A DNA stretch of 64,000 nt from positions 1-64,000 of IMG/VR virus record IMGVR_UViG_3300044716_000883; one strand, written 5' to 3'. Position 1 is the stretch's first letter; every line of letters starts with the position of its first letter. The notes beneath the pieces were generated by a model, which saw only the letters and a list, made by a program, of their open reading frames with translations, was not told the origin of the DNA and made no database searches. Shown one piece after another: positions 19,646-30,501 of this stretch. The position numbers and the translations under genes are program-made. Origin of the DNA: a virus.

Positions 19646-20296
19646 ATGTTTAAAAACAATTTATCCGAGCCTGAAGTTATTCGCAATTTAACTAGTACCG
19701 TTAAACGATTTGATTTAATTAACTACTTAATTGAAAAATATAAAGTTATTAATTACTTAGAAATTGGAGTATTTAAAGGGGAAAACATTAGAGAAATTAA
19801 AGCACCACATAAAGATGGGGTTGACCCAGGAGTTGAAGGTTACGTACCACCTGAGGTAAACTATCCAATGACATCAGATGATTTCTTTGAATTAATTAAA
19901 GGACATGATGAAATTAAATATGATCTTATTTTTATAGATGGTCTACATCATGCTGATCAAGTAGCTAAAGATATTCAAAACGCTCTTAATCATATTGTAG
20001 ATGGTGGATTTATATTATTACATGATTGTAATCCTGCAAGCTATGATGCTCAGCTAGTACCAAGAGAAACTATCGCCTGGAACGGTGATACTTGGAAAGC
20101 TTTTGTTGATTTTAAAGCACATTACCCTAAAATGCAATGTAATGTTGTTGATACTGACTTTGGAGTTGGTGTTATTAAAGTAGGAGACAAAACATCTACT
20201 TATCAACAAGAAATATGGACCTGGAAGAGATTTGAATCTAATAAAAAAGAATTATTAAATCTAATATCAGTAGATGAATTTAAAGCAACTTATTAA
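19646..20296 (+). CDS. class I SAM-dependent methyltransferase (Methyltransf_24-like)
   Basis: YLEIGV, DLIFIDGLH, GGFILLHD. Confidence 0.85.
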   Translation: MFKNNLSEPEVIRNLTSTVKRFDLINYLIEKYKVINYLEIGVFKGENIREIKAPHKDGVDPGVEGYVPPEVNYPMTSDDFFELIKGHDEIKYDLIFIDGLHHADQVAKDIQNALNHIVDGGFILLHDCNPASYDAQLVPRETIAWNGDTWKAFVDFKAHYPKMQCNVVDTDFGVGVIKVGDKTSTYQQEIWTWKRFESNKKELLNLISVDEFKATY

Positions 20297-21071
20297 TAAA
20301 TCAATATATGGTACTATAGGATATATTTCATCTCAGGATGACTTAAACCTATTAGAACAATATATTTCATATAATTTACCTGTATTAAAGGAATTTAAAC
20401 AGATAATAGTTGCTACTAACTATAAGGATAATTCATTAGCCTCTAAAAACAATGAATTATGGAGTAAATATTTTTCTAATTGTGTTTGTCTTGATTCTAA
20501 AATAAACAGAGGACATACTCTAGGAACAGCTGATTTAGATAATATAGTATTTGATTATTGCAAAAAAAATAATGAAGAATGGTTATGCAAATCAGCAAAC
20601 GACGTTATTATAAACGAAAGTATACTAACAAAAGAAATTGATGAAGCTGATTTTTATTATTTAGGTGGGATTGGATTTTCAGGATTAAATGATTATAATT
20701 TTGATTTTGAAAAAATATTTAAAGAAGTATTTTATCCTCAAACAAATTTTTATTTTATAAACGTTAGTAAAACCGATTACTTAAACAGCAAACAGGATTT
20801 GAATGATGCTTACACATTAACTCAAACAACACCTAATTATAACGGACGAATATTTGATTACATTGAAGGATTTTGCTGTGAACAAATTTTAAGACAATGT
20901 GTTGAGCGAAATAATCTCACTACATTACCTCTATTATCAAAAGAAGAATATTTTACTTTACTAGAAGTAGTAAAACAATATAATGTACATGATGGTAGCC
21001 ATAAAAATATAATGATGAGTGGAGTTTGCCATTTTCATTTCGCAGAACAACCAATAATAGAAATTAATTAA
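20274..21071 (+). CDS. hypothetical protein in the glycan cluster (possible divergent glycosyltransferase)
   Basis: RGHTLG..DLD and KSANDVI resemble GT-A elements; mainly a context call. Confidence 0.35.
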   Translation: MNLKQLINKSIYGTIGYISSQDDLNLLEQYISYNLPVLKEFKQIIVATNYKDNSLASKNNELWSKYFSNCVCLDSKINRGHTLGTADLDNIVFDYCKKNNEEWLCKSANDVIINESILTKEIDEADFYYLGGIGFSGLNDYNFDFEKIFKEVFYPQTNFYFINVSKTDYLNSKQDLNDAYTLTQTTPNYNGRIFDYIEGFCCEQILRQCVERNNLTTLPLLSKEEYFTLLEVVKQYNVHDGSHKNIMMSGVCHFHFAEQPIIEIN

Positions 21072-21073
21072 CA

Positions 21074-21928
21074 ATGATATTCATAACAACATTTACAGAA
21101 GAAATATATAATATATGTGGTAGAAACCTACTTAAATCATTTATTGAAACTAAAAACTCAGAAACACATCAATTATATGTATTCTTTGAAAATGAAAGTG
21201 ATTTATATACTGAATACTATCCTGAATGGTTATTAGAATGGGCTAATGAACCTAGTATAGTAATAGCTAATCTAATGAACTATGAGTACGATAATAAAAA
21301 AATAATACCATATGTTGATGAAGCATTAGGACCTAAAATATCATTTACAGATGAATATAGCAGCCCTAGAAGTGTTAAATGGTTTAGACCAGTAGCTGCT
21401 ATGCAATATGCTTATGAAATATTAGGAAACCAAAACTTCAGCTCAATAGATTCCGATTGCTTATTTATAAATAAAGTTGAAGAATCATTTTTCGATTCTA
21501 TATTATCTGAATATAATGTTGCTTTCCTAGGTAGAGAGAATTTTAAATTAATGAGACATGGAGGGTATGCTCCTGATGGAAATTATGTTCATACCAATAC
21601 CGTTGAAGCAACTAAAAAAGATACTCACACTGAAACAGGATATTTAGGATTCAACATGAATAAAGAAGGTACTGCTGAGTTTATAAAAAGAAACTTCGAG
21701 TATTGGACAAAACAAGATATTCTAAACTTGGAGTTCAAAACAGATTGTCATACCTTCGACGCAACAAGAAAAGAATTACCATTGAGTTACAATAATCTAT
21801 GTGAACCTATGGGTGAATTATCTCCTATTGGAAGTAGAGTTATTGAAGCATCGGTACTAGGCAGCTTTATGATTCACCATAAAGGTACCATAGGGCCTAT
21901 TCTATACCAGAAAAATTTATTAAAATAA
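21074..21928 (+). CDS. GT-A fold nucleotide-sugar transferase
   Basis: IDSDC DxD motif, ETGYLGFN, DCHTFD. Confidence 0.6.
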   Translation: MIFITTFTEEIYNICGRNLLKSFIETKNSETHQLYVFFENESDLYTEYYPEWLLEWANEPSIVIANLMNYEYDNKKIIPYVDEALGPKISFTDEYSSPRSVKWFRPVAAMQYAYEILGNQNFSSIDSDCLFINKVEESFFDSILSEYNVAFLGRENFKLMRHGGYAPDGNYVHTNTVEATKKDTHTETGYLGFNMNKEGTAEFIKRNFEYWTKQDILNLEFKTDCHTFDATRKELPLSYNNLCEPMGELSPIGSRVIEASVLGSFMIHHKGTIGPILYQKNLLK

Positions 21929-23001
21929 TGATACCTATTTCAATTCCATATTTGTATGAAGAGGATAAGCAATTAGCAATTAAAGCCATTCAAGATGGAT
22001 TTATAGCTAATGGTAAACAAATTAGTGAGTTTGAAGAAAAATTTGCTAGTTATTGTAATAGAAAATACGGTGTTACTTGTAGTAATGGTACTGTTGCCTT
22101 ATATTTAGCTATTAAAGCGCTTAACTTACCTGAGGGTAGTGAGGTAATATTACCTTCAATGACTATAATGTCTTGTTTAACTGCTATTGTGGAAAACAAT
22201 TTAACACCTGTATTCTGTGATATTAATCCAATAACATGGAATGTTGATATTGAATCAGTAAGAAATAAAATAACACCAAATACTTCAGCTTTAATCGTAG
22301 TAGATACTTACGGCTTAACTGTAAATGTAGATGAAATTAATAAATTAAAACAAGATTATCCTAATATTAAAGTTATTGAAGATGCTTCAGAAGCACACGG
22401 TAGCAATTATAAGGGAATAAAAGCAGGATCTGTTGGAGATATTAGTACATTTTCATTCTATGCTAATAAAATTATTACTACTGGTGAAGGCGGAATGGTA
22501 TTAACTGATGATGAAGAAACATACCAACATCTATTAATGTTAAGAAATCTTAACTTCACCAACAGAAAAAAATATATCCATTCAGATGCAGGATGGAACT
22601 TCAGACTAACGAATCTACAATGTTGTTTAGGTTTAGGTCAACTACAAAATATAGATAAAACAATTGAACATAGAAGAAGAATAGCTGAAAGATATAATAA
22701 CAATTTAAGTCACGTTCATATTCAATTACCCTTTGAAGATAAAGATAATTACAACGTGTACTGGTATTACTCAATCTTAGTTAAGTCAAATCACAATAAT
22801 GTACTTAAAGCATTAGATGAAAACAGTATTGATTATAGACATTTCTTCTACCCATTGCATCTACAACCATTCATAAAAACTAATGTCTTACTCCCTACAT
22901 CTCAGTATGTATCAGGACAGGGATTGATTCTACCTACATTCACTGAATTAACTAATAATCAAATAGACTTCATATCTGAAGTAATATTAAAACAACTATG
23001 A
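21928..23001 (+). CDS. DegT/DnrJ/EryC1/StrS sugar aminotransferase (perosamine synthase-like)
   Basis: SNGTVALYLA, IEDASEAHG, FSFYANKIITTGEGG, GWNFRLTNLQ. Confidence 0.93.
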   Translation: MIPISIPYLYEEDKQLAIKAIQDGFIANGKQISEFEEKFASYCNRKYGVTCSNGTVALYLAIKALNLPEGSEVILPSMTIMSCLTAIVENNLTPVFCDINPITWNVDIESVRNKITPNTSALIVVDTYGLTVNVDEINKLKQDYPNIKVIEDASEAHGSNYKGIKAGSVGDISTFSFYANKIITTGEGGMVLTDDEETYQHLLMLRNLNFTNRKKYIHSDAGWNFRLTNLQCCLGLGQLQNIDKTIEHRRRIAERYNNNLSHVHIQLPFEDKDNYNVYWYYSILVKSNHNNVLKALDENSIDYRHFFYPLHLQPFIKTNVLLPTSQYVSGQGLILPTFTELTNNQIDFISEVILKQL

Positions 23002-23495
23002 AACTAAATCTAGCATCAGGACATATGTATCTAGAAGGATACGTTAATATAGATAATAAATCAATGTATCATGGGAATATGATGGTTGATAAGGAAGCGG
23101 ACATATTTACCTTAGAATGGGAAGATAATACTGTAGATGAAATAATTTTATCTCATTTTGCTATGTATATCCCATATCAAGAAATGGAAATACTTCTAAA
23201 AAGATGGTTGGGATGGCTAAAAGAAGGTGGTAAATTGATAATAGAAACAGGAAATGTAAAATCCATAGCTCAACATATACTAAGCAATAACGACCCAAAT
23301 GAAATAAATGGTAGTAATGGTGTAATGCAGTTATTCGGATGGGAAACAACAGCAGGTCATAAATGGGCTTGGTGTCCTGAGACTTTAGGTGACCTAATGA
23401 ATAAAGCAGGGTTTAAAGATATTGATGCTTATGAAGGATATTTTCATAATAACCCAAAAAGAGACTTTTTAATAACAGGAACAAATAAAAAATAA
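22998..23495 (+). CDS. SAM-dependent methyltransferase (type 11-like)
   Basis: KLNLASG, YVNID, LKEGGKLII. Confidence 0.8.
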   Translation: MKLNLASGHMYLEGYVNIDNKSMYHGNMMVDKEADIFTLEWEDNTVDEIILSHFAMYIPYQEMEILLKRWLGWLKEGGKLIIETGNVKSIAQHILSNNDPNEINGSNGVMQLFGWETTAGHKWAWCPETLGDLMNKAGFKDIDAYEGYFHNNPKRDFLITGTNKK

Positions 23496-23496
23496 A

Positions 23497-24456
23497 ATGA
23501 GAAAAGTACAAAATTCAAATGTATGTGTAATTGGAGGGGCTGGTTTTATTGGCTCTCATCTAGTTGATTACTTAGTAGAAGAAAAAAACTGTAATGTAAT
23601 TGTACTAGATAATTTAATTACTGGTCAAACCAAAAACATTAACTCTAAAGCTAAATTTATTTGGCATGATATTAGAGACAATGAGAATGAATTAGCTAGA
23701 ATATTAAAAGAAAATAGTATTGAATATGTTTTCAACTACGCTGCTGAACCTTACATTCCAGAGTGTTTTGAGCGTCCAATGCATTTCTTTGATATTAATG
23801 CCACTTCAGTATTAAGAGTATTAAATGCATGTCAAACAGCAGGTATTAAAGCCCTATTACAAGTATCTTCAGCCGAAATTTACGGTGATATGAAGGGTAA
23901 AATTAAAGAAAACGATCCTGTAGAACCACACTCAACATACGGTGTTTCTAAATTAGCAGCAGATGGCTTAGTACAAGTAAGATGGAAAGAAGCTGAAGTA
24001 CCAGCTATTGCTTTAAGACAATTCAATTGTGTAGGTGAAAGGGAAACTCACGAATATGTTATTCCTGAAATTATCAGCCAATTAGCTGAATCTAATGTAG
24101 TTAACCTAGGTAATAATTCATTCAGAGATTTCTTATATGCTGGTGATGCTGTTAGAATGGCTGTTGAATTATTAGAAAAAGGACAATTTGGTGAAGTATA
24201 TAACATGGGTAGTGAAGATGGAATTCAAATCTACGACTTAGCTAATTTAATTGGTAAGTTAATAGGCCACTCTGAAATTATTATTAATGTTGATCAAGCT
24301 AGAATTCGCCCTTGGGAAATCTGGCACTTACAATCAGACAATACTAAACTATATTCAGTAATTGAATCTAAATCAATAACAAGTTTAGAAGATGCTTTAG
24401 ATAAAACTATTAAGTATTATTATAACAATGGAAAAAAATGGAATTGGGTTAAATAA
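23497..24456 (+). CDS. NAD-dependent sugar epimerase/dehydratase
   Basis: GGAGFIG, SSAEIYG, YGVSK, RDFLY. Confidence 0.92.
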   Translation: MRKVQNSNVCVIGGAGFIGSHLVDYLVEEKNCNVIVLDNLITGQTKNINSKAKFIWHDIRDNENELARILKENSIEYVFNYAAEPYIPECFERPMHFFDINATSVLRVLNACQTAGIKALLQVSSAEIYGDMKGKIKENDPVEPHSTYGVSKLAADGLVQVRWKEAEVPAIALRQFNCVGERETHEYVIPEIISQLAESNVVNLGNNSFRDFLYAGDAVRMAVELLEKGQFGEVYNMGSEDGIQIYDLANLIGKLIGHSEIIINVDQARIRPWEIWHLQSDNTKLYSVIESKSITSLEDALDKTIKYYYNNGKKWNWVK

Positions 24457-25051
24457 CATCCATCCTACGTCCATAATAGGCCCTAATGTAGTGTTAGGAA
24501 ATAACAATTACATAGGGCCTTTTTGTTATATTGTAGGGGATACTATTATTGGAGATAATAATAGATTCGAAGCGTATTGCTCCGTAGGTACTCCTGCTGA
24601 ACATAAAGGTTATTTTGAATCATTAACAGGTAAAACTGTTATTGGAAATAACAATATATTTAGAGAATACATCTCTATACATCAAGGCACAGAAAAAACT
24701 ACTATATTAGGTGATAATATAATAATGCAAAGAAATAGTCATCTTGGCCACGACAGTATTGTAGAAAATTTAACATCATTATCTTGTAATGTTATTATTG
24801 GTGGGTTTTCTTATGTTATGGAAGGAGTTAACTTTGGATTAGGGAGTATATGCCATCAACGAAGTATAATAGGTGCTTATACTATGATAGGAATGGGATG
24901 TATAATAACAAAAACATCTAAAATAGAACCAGGAAAAGTGTATGTGGGGGCCCCTGCCGTTTATTTAAAAGATAATACATTTGGTTTAGAAAAACATAAT
25001 GTTAGTAATGATTATTTCGAATCACTAATAGAGAAATATAATAACTTATGA
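24428..25051 (+). CDS. hexapeptide-repeat acyltransferase, LpxA-like
   Basis: IHPTSII, IGNNNIFREYISIHQGT, SHLGHD; left-handed beta-helix repeats. Confidence 0.8.
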   Translation: MEKNGIGLNNIHPTSIIGPNVVLGNNNYIGPFCYIVGDTIIGDNNRFEAYCSVGTPAEHKGYFESLTGKTVIGNNNIFREYISIHQGTEKTTILGDNIIMQRNSHLGHDSIVENLTSLSCNVIIGGFSYVMEGVNFGLGSICHQRSIIGAYTMIGMGCIITKTSKIEPGKVYVGAPAVYLKDNTFGLEKHNVSNDYFESLIEKYNNL

Positions 25052-25914
25052 TAAGAAAAATATCATATATTCAAAACATGCATGCTGGTGGGACAGAAAC
25101 AAGAATTTCTCGTAATTTAATACCTGAATTCAATAAAAGAGGTATTGATTTAGTAATTAATGATTGTGATAATGAATGTGAATTTATACTTTCAATAAAT
25201 GGACTTAGCCATTTATTTCAAATTAAGGCAATTAGTGATAAATACCCAACTAAAAAAGTAATAGTATATGTTTGGGATTTATATCCTTGGACTGAATATG
25301 TTAAAGGATATGATTGGATAAATGCAAAGGAAATAGTAGAAATATGGGTACCATCAAATGAAGTAGCTTTAAGATTAAATGAAATATATGATGTCCCTAC
25401 ATCTAAAGTAAAAGTAATTAAATGTTATACTGAATTCTTTGAAGATGTTGATAATGTATCTTCCAATAGGGACTATGTTTATCATTTTGCTAGGGATTAT
25501 AAAGATCCAAACTTTAAATTTACAGACAAAGCATGTGACTCTTTAAATATACCTTATATAAGAAGTGCTCATAATTTAGATTTTGAAAAGTATAAAGATA
25601 CTATTTTAAGATCCTCATTTCTGGTTACTGAATATATGGAAGCGTCAACTGGAGGACTAACACTAATAGAAGGATATTACCACGGCAAAAATGTCTTAAT
25701 ATCTGACTCTATATACCAGGGAGCAAGAGATTACTTTGGAGATCGAGCATATTACTTTAAAGATGGTGATATAGAAGATTTTAAATCTAAAGTAAAAATG
25801 TTGTGGGAATTAAAAGAAGACATAGATTTACAAGATAGAAAACAATTCTGTCAGCAATATACAATAGAAGGTATGATGGACAGAATAATAGAAAGACTTA
25901 ACTTATTAAAATGA
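25048..25914 (+). CDS. glycosyltransferase, GT-B/GT4-like
   Basis: EASTGGLTLIEGYYHGKNV, YYFKDGDIEDF. Confidence 0.7.
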   Translation: MIRKISYIQNMHAGGTETRISRNLIPEFNKRGIDLVINDCDNECEFILSINGLSHLFQIKAISDKYPTKKVIVYVWDLYPWTEYVKGYDWINAKEIVEIWVPSNEVALRLNEIYDVPTSKVKVIKCYTEFFEDVDNVSSNRDYVYHFARDYKDPNFKFTDKACDSLNIPYIRSAHNLDFEKYKDTILRSSFLVTEYMEASTGGLTLIEGYYHGKNVLISDSIYQGARDYFGDRAYYFKDGDIEDFKSKVKMLWELKEDIDLQDRKQFCQQYTIEGMMDRIIERLNLLK

Positions 25915-26870
25915 AACATATCTATTATATAAATGAATTGGGTTTTTCACCTGGAAACCATCAATTTGATCTTCATCGTCTACCACAGGCATATATAGAA
26001 TTATTTCCATGGTATTGCCTTGGATGGGAAAACATTGATCAAATACAAGGAGAAAATAATATTATAATTGTTCAGTCTCCATGTAGTGATGAACTTAATA
26101 AATTAAATAAGTTACTTTCTATAATTGATAATAATACAGTATTTATAAATCAAGAATCAAATATATTTGACTGGTTTGATTGGGATGGTCCCACACAACA
26201 AGCATATATTGAATGTTTGTCTAAATGTAGAGCCTTCTGCTACCATAGTGAACATGATAAAGATGTGATGAAAATATTTACTAATAACTTTGTCAAATAC
26301 CCAGGATGTATAAACATATCAGTAGATCAACCTAAGAAGTTTAACGAAGGTGACTATGTAGTTATTCCAAATCCTATAAAAAGATATCAGAGAGGAATGA
26401 TATCACATAAGATAGCTCAATCATTTATCAAGAACGTTCCTATATATTCAATGGCCTATAATAGACCAAAAACAACAGAACTATTGGCTTTCCCTGATGT
26501 TTATAAATTAGAAGGAATAACAATATCAAATAGAATGAATTTAAATGAATGGCTACAGTTCATATATAATGCTAAATTTGGAATTGATATTCATCGTGAA
26601 TTTTCAGGAGGAAATTGCTCTTTGGAATTCGGATCTTTGGGCGTACCTTTAATAGGTAACATTAATTTAGATACACAGCGTGATATATTCCCTGACTTAT
26701 CATTTGAATTTAATAATTACGACGGAATTAAAAATGCAATTAATTTACTCCTAAATGATAAAGATTTCTTTGAAGAGGTAAGTAATAAAGCATTAACTAA
26801 CACTAAAGAAAAATATAATAGTCAAACAGTAGTTGAAAACTTTAAACAAGAAATAAATAAATTTTTATGA
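25911..26870 (+). CDS. glycosyltransferase, GT-B-like
   Basis: C-terminal EFGSLGVPLIG...LLNDKDFFEEV pattern. Confidence 0.6.
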   Translation: MKHIYYINELGFSPGNHQFDLHRLPQAYIELFPWYCLGWENIDQIQGENNIIIVQSPCSDELNKLNKLLSIIDNNTVFINQESNIFDWFDWDGPTQQAYIECLSKCRAFCYHSEHDKDVMKIFTNNFVKYPGCINISVDQPKKFNEGDYVVIPNPIKRYQRGMISHKIAQSFIKNVPIYSMAYNRPKTTELLAFPDVYKLEGITISNRMNLNEWLQFIYNAKFGIDIHREFSGGNCSLEFGSLGVPLIGNINLDTQRDIFPDLSFEFNNYDGIKNAINLLLNDKDFFEEVSNKALTNTKEKYNSQTVVENFKQEINKFL

Positions 26871-27715
26871 GAGTATTAGTAACAGGAGGTGCCGGGTTTG
26901 TAGGTACCAATCTAATTAAACGATTACTAAAAGAAGGACATGAAGTAATATCAATTGATAATTACAAAACTGGATTCAAAGATAACCACCAACCAGGAGC
27001 AACATATATTTCCTTTGATATCAGAAATATTACAGATTATTCAGCTTGGGGTCCAATTGATGTAATATACCATTTAGCTGCTATAGCTAGAATACAACCA
27101 TCATTTAAAGATCCAATTGATTACTTTACAACTAATGCTAATAGTACTTTACTTATAGCTCAATACTGTGCCAAAAACAATGTACCCTTAGTATACGCTG
27201 GAAGTAGCTCACACCACTCAGGTAAACTCAAAAATCCATATACATTCAGTAAGGATGTAGGTGAGGAAATTATTAATCTATATCAAATTCATTTTGGATT
27301 AAAAGCATCAACAACTCGTTTCTATAATGTTTATGGTCCTCATCATTTGAAAGAAGGTGGATATTGTACTCTGATTGGTAAATGGGAAAAAGCAATTGAA
27401 GATGGTAATTCATTAACAATATATGGTGATGGTACTAAACGTAGAGATTTTACTCATATTGATGATATTGTAGACGCTTTAGTATTAATAAACGAAAAAC
27501 AAGCTTGGGGGAATGTGTTTGAATTAGGTAGAGGTAAAAACTACTCTATTAAAGACATAGCTGATATGTTTGGTAAAGATATTGTATATGAAGATAATAA
27601 ACCAGGTGAAGCTGATGTTACTTTATGTGATTACAGTGTTGCTAATTCAATATTAGGATGGGAACCAACAATTAACATTGAAGATTATATTAAAGATTAC
27701 TTATGCAAAAAATAA
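26867..27715 (+). CDS. NAD-dependent sugar epimerase/dehydratase
   Basis: GGAGFVG, YTFSK, RFYNVYGP, GDGTKRRDFTH. Confidence 0.93.
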   Translation: MRVLVTGGAGFVGTNLIKRLLKEGHEVISIDNYKTGFKDNHQPGATYISFDIRNITDYSAWGPIDVIYHLAAIARIQPSFKDPIDYFTTNANSTLLIAQYCAKNNVPLVYAGSSSHHSGKLKNPYTFSKDVGEEIINLYQIHFGLKASTTRFYNVYGPHHLKEGGYCTLIGKWEKAIEDGNSLTIYGDGTKRRDFTHIDDIVDALVLINEKQAWGNVFELGRGKNYSIKDIADMFGKDIVYEDNKPGEADVTLCDYSVANSILGWEPTINIEDYIKDYLCKK

Positions 27716-28875
27716 CATTTGTATTACCTAGTAGAAATAATTTAGAATTTCTTCAACTAGCATATAAATCGATTCGCAATTTAGAAACTAAACATGAAGT
27801 ATTAGTTTTAGATGATGCTAGTATAGATGGTACTCAAGAGTGGATTAAATCACTTAATGATGAGGATTTAATCACATACCACAATCCAGGACCAGAACGT
27901 ATTGGTATTGTAGGTATGTTTGATAAAGGCATTGAAATGGCTAGAACAGAAATTATATTTGCATTTCACGCTGATATGGTAGCTGCACCTAAATTAGATG
28001 AAAATATATTAAAACATCTAAAACCAGGAGTAGTAGTAAGTGCAACTAGAATAGAACCACCACTTCACCCTCCAGGAGTAGAAAAAATAACTCAAGATTT
28101 TGGAGTTGAAGATAATGAATTTAAATGGAATGAATTTAATGAATTTTGTTTAAAAACAATTGAAGAAAATAAAGATAAAACAACAGAAGGTATATTTGCT
28201 CCATGGTGTATGTATAAATCTGATTTTCTAGGACATGATGAATTATTTGCTCCTCAATCTAAAGAAGACAGTGATCTATTTAATCGCTTTGTATTAAGTG
28301 GATATAAAGTAATACAATCATGGGATGGTTTAGTTTATCACTTTACAAGTAGAGGTAGTAGATTTAATAAGCATGTTGGTGGTGGTGCTGGTAAAAATAG
28401 CAATGAATGGCTTTATACTACAACTAAAAACGGTAGAAATTTCATTCGCAAATGGGGACATTTTGTTAAGCATGATCCATACATGAAACCAATTATACCT
28501 AACAAATATAACATTGGATTTGCAGTACATAATTGCAGTTATGAATTACTCAGTGCATTAGAACCATGGTGTGACAGGATCTATATTGATAATGATTCAT
28601 TTATTTCTCGCTATGTAAATGAAGAACAACCAAATACGACTATGGATCTATTAACGAGAGTCATGAATATAAAATCTCAAAACCCAACAGATTATGATGA
28701 TGTAATAGTTGAATTTGATGCTACTAAACTAACACAACAAAGCTATCAATTAATTCAACAACTCCCAGAAATACTAACAGAATCAGGTGAAATAGGTGTA
28801 TTTGAACTAGACATATTTAATATAGCAATTAGCAGTTTAGAATTACACACACCAAAATTACTTTGTAAGTCATAA
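27703..28875 (+). CDS. glycosyltransferase, GT2 family, with a C-terminal extension
   Basis: VLDDASIDGT, FHADM, EDSDLFNR, VYHFTSRG. Confidence 0.85.
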   Translation: MQKITFVLPSRNNLEFLQLAYKSIRNLETKHEVLVLDDASIDGTQEWIKSLNDEDLITYHNPGPERIGIVGMFDKGIEMARTEIIFAFHADMVAAPKLDENILKHLKPGVVVSATRIEPPLHPPGVEKITQDFGVEDNEFKWNEFNEFCLKTIEENKDKTTEGIFAPWCMYKSDFLGHDELFAPQSKEDSDLFNRFVLSGYKVIQSWDGLVYHFTSRGSRFNKHVGGGAGKNSNEWLYTTTKNGRNFIRKWGHFVKHDPYMKPIIPNKYNIGFAVHNCSYELLSALEPWCDRIYIDNDSFISRYVNEEQPNTTMDLLTRVMNIKSQNPTDYDDVIVEFDATKLTQQSYQLIQQLPEILTESGEIGVFELDIFNIAISSLELHTPKLLCKS

Positions 28876-28907
28876 AATGGGTCTTATATTTATCAAAAAA
28901 TACGTCT

Positions 28908-29444
28908 ATGAGAGAGCGTCGTTCCAAACTAGATCCGTTAAGTCGCATTATAACATTGGGTGATATAGAATGTGAAACAGTTAATGAAATAATACAAGAT
29001 ATATATGAGATTAATGAAGAGGACGCTAAAAAACAAACAGTAGAACCAATAAAGCTCATTATCAACTCATTTGGTGGGGAAGTATTTAGTGGATTGGCCT
29101 TAATTGATGTAATTGATACTTCGCAGACTCCAATCCACACTATATGTCACGGTACGGCAATGTCCATGGCTCTAATAGTATATGCTGCTGGACATGTTAG
29201 ATATGCGAGTAAATACTCGACATTCATGTACCATGAAGCGGCATATGAAATAGAAGGTAAAGTAGCATTCCATAAACAGGAATTAAAAGAAACAGAGCGT
29301 ATTGATAAAATATGTGATGCCTATTTAATATCTAAAACCAAATTAACAGACAAAGTATTAAAACCCCATAGAGACAGACAAGCAGAATGGTATTTCGATG
29401 TGAAAGTCGCGCAAAGATATGGGTTAGTAGATGAAATTTTATAA
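28908..29444 (+). CDS. clpP: ClpP-like protease subunit
   Basis: LIINSFGGEV, GTAMSMA (catalytic Ser), FMYHE (His), AQRYGLVDEI. Confidence 0.8.
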   Translation: MRERRSKLDPLSRIITLGDIECETVNEIIQDIYEINEEDAKKQTVEPIKLIINSFGGEVFSGLALIDVIDTSQTPIHTICHGTAMSMALIVYAAGHVRYASKYSTFMYHEAAYEIEGKVAFHKQELKETERIDKICDAYLISKTKLTDKVLKPHRDRQAEWYFDVKVAQRYGLVDEIL

Positions 29445-29466
29445 TATTTATACGTAAACATAAACA

Positions 29467-29769
29467 ATGGCAATTAGTCCTAAACTTAGAGTAGATGTAA
29501 ATCATAACCCAACTAAAAAGGGTGTTAAAGTACAATTCGTATTACCTCAAGAACTTGAAGGTGATGCTAAAGCAACTGCTACTCAGAAATTACAAGCAAA
29601 ATTAAACCAAGGATTATCTCAGTATAATCTAACAGTAAGCCAAGACACGGACGTTCCTTATTCAAATGTAATTGGATTTTTAATTCCAATCGCTGATATC
29701 AAATTGTTTATTAAAAACGCTATTAGTGGAACTGCAGAAGCAGCCCCAGAAGAAGAGCCAAAAGCATAA
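29467..29769 (+). CDS. hypothetical protein
   Basis: ORF preceded by an ATATTTATA motif. Confidence 0.55.
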   Translation: MAISPKLRVDVNHNPTKKGVKVQFVLPQELEGDAKATATQKLQAKLNQGLSQYNLTVSQDTDVPYSNVIGFLIPIADIKLFIKNAISGTAEAAPEEEPKA

Positions 29770-29775
29770 TCTAAA

Positions 29776-30078
29776 ATGAAGCGCAAAATACCAGTATTCA
29801 GAGTGAGTGTTCAACCTGGTGCTGATTATAGTCAGCTAGAAGAGCATCCAGGAGTTAAAGAAGTAGTAATAGAAGAGGTTATTGTTGCAATTAAAGAAGC
29901 TATCAAAACTAAAAAAACAAGCATATCTTTATTTGAAGTAGCAAATTCAGGTTATTATATTGAACTAAAGAAAGAGCAGTTTAAATCGTCCCTAGAAAGT
30001 GCTTTAGAATATTTTCTTGAAAAAGAAGAATATAATAGATGTGCTGAATGTAGAGACTTGATTAACAAAATAAATTAA
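29776..30078 (+). CDS. hypothetical protein with a C-terminal UVR-like helical motif
   Basis: LEKEEYNRCAECRDLI; apparent paralog of 32612..32944. Confidence 0.5.
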   Translation: MKRKIPVFRVSVQPGADYSQLEEHPGVKEVVIEEVIVAIKEAIKTKKTSISLFEVANSGYYIELKKEQFKSSLESALEYFLEKEEYNRCAECRDLINKIN

Positions 30079-30081
30079 GTT

Positions 30082-30501
30082 ATGAAAAATGAAGGTGAGC
30101 AACACGCTCAAGGGGTTAAATCATCTCTTGAGGGTATAATGGGTGCAGATTTATCTCTTAAACGCAAACGCAAGACAGAAAGAGACATCAATCGAGAAAC
30201 ATTTGAGAAAATAATACTAGCCCTAGAAAAGGCAAGTGTTAGATCATCTATTATTGGAGGTGATTTTCAATTAGATTTCACTGAATATGATGAAACATTT
30301 TACGAGATAATTGATAACTTAATACTAATGCACTTTGGTAAGGAAGCATCTGAAATTATATTCTTCTACGTTTATGAACGAATAAATCCAGATGGTAGTG
30401 TTAACGCATTAGCCGATGTAGACGGAAATGTAGTTCCAATGAATGGACCTTCAGACCTATGGGAATTAATTCAGTTCATGAAAAATAAGAAAAGCAAATA
30501 A
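30082..30501 (+). CDS. hypothetical protein
   Basis: Co-oriented ORF. Confidence 0.55.
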   Translation: MKNEGEQHAQGVKSSLEGIMGADLSLKRKRKTERDINRETFEKIILALEKASVRSSIIGGDFQLDFTEYDETFYEIIDNLILMHFGKEASEIIFFYVYERINPDGSVNALADVDGNVVPMNGPSDLWELIQFMKNKKSK

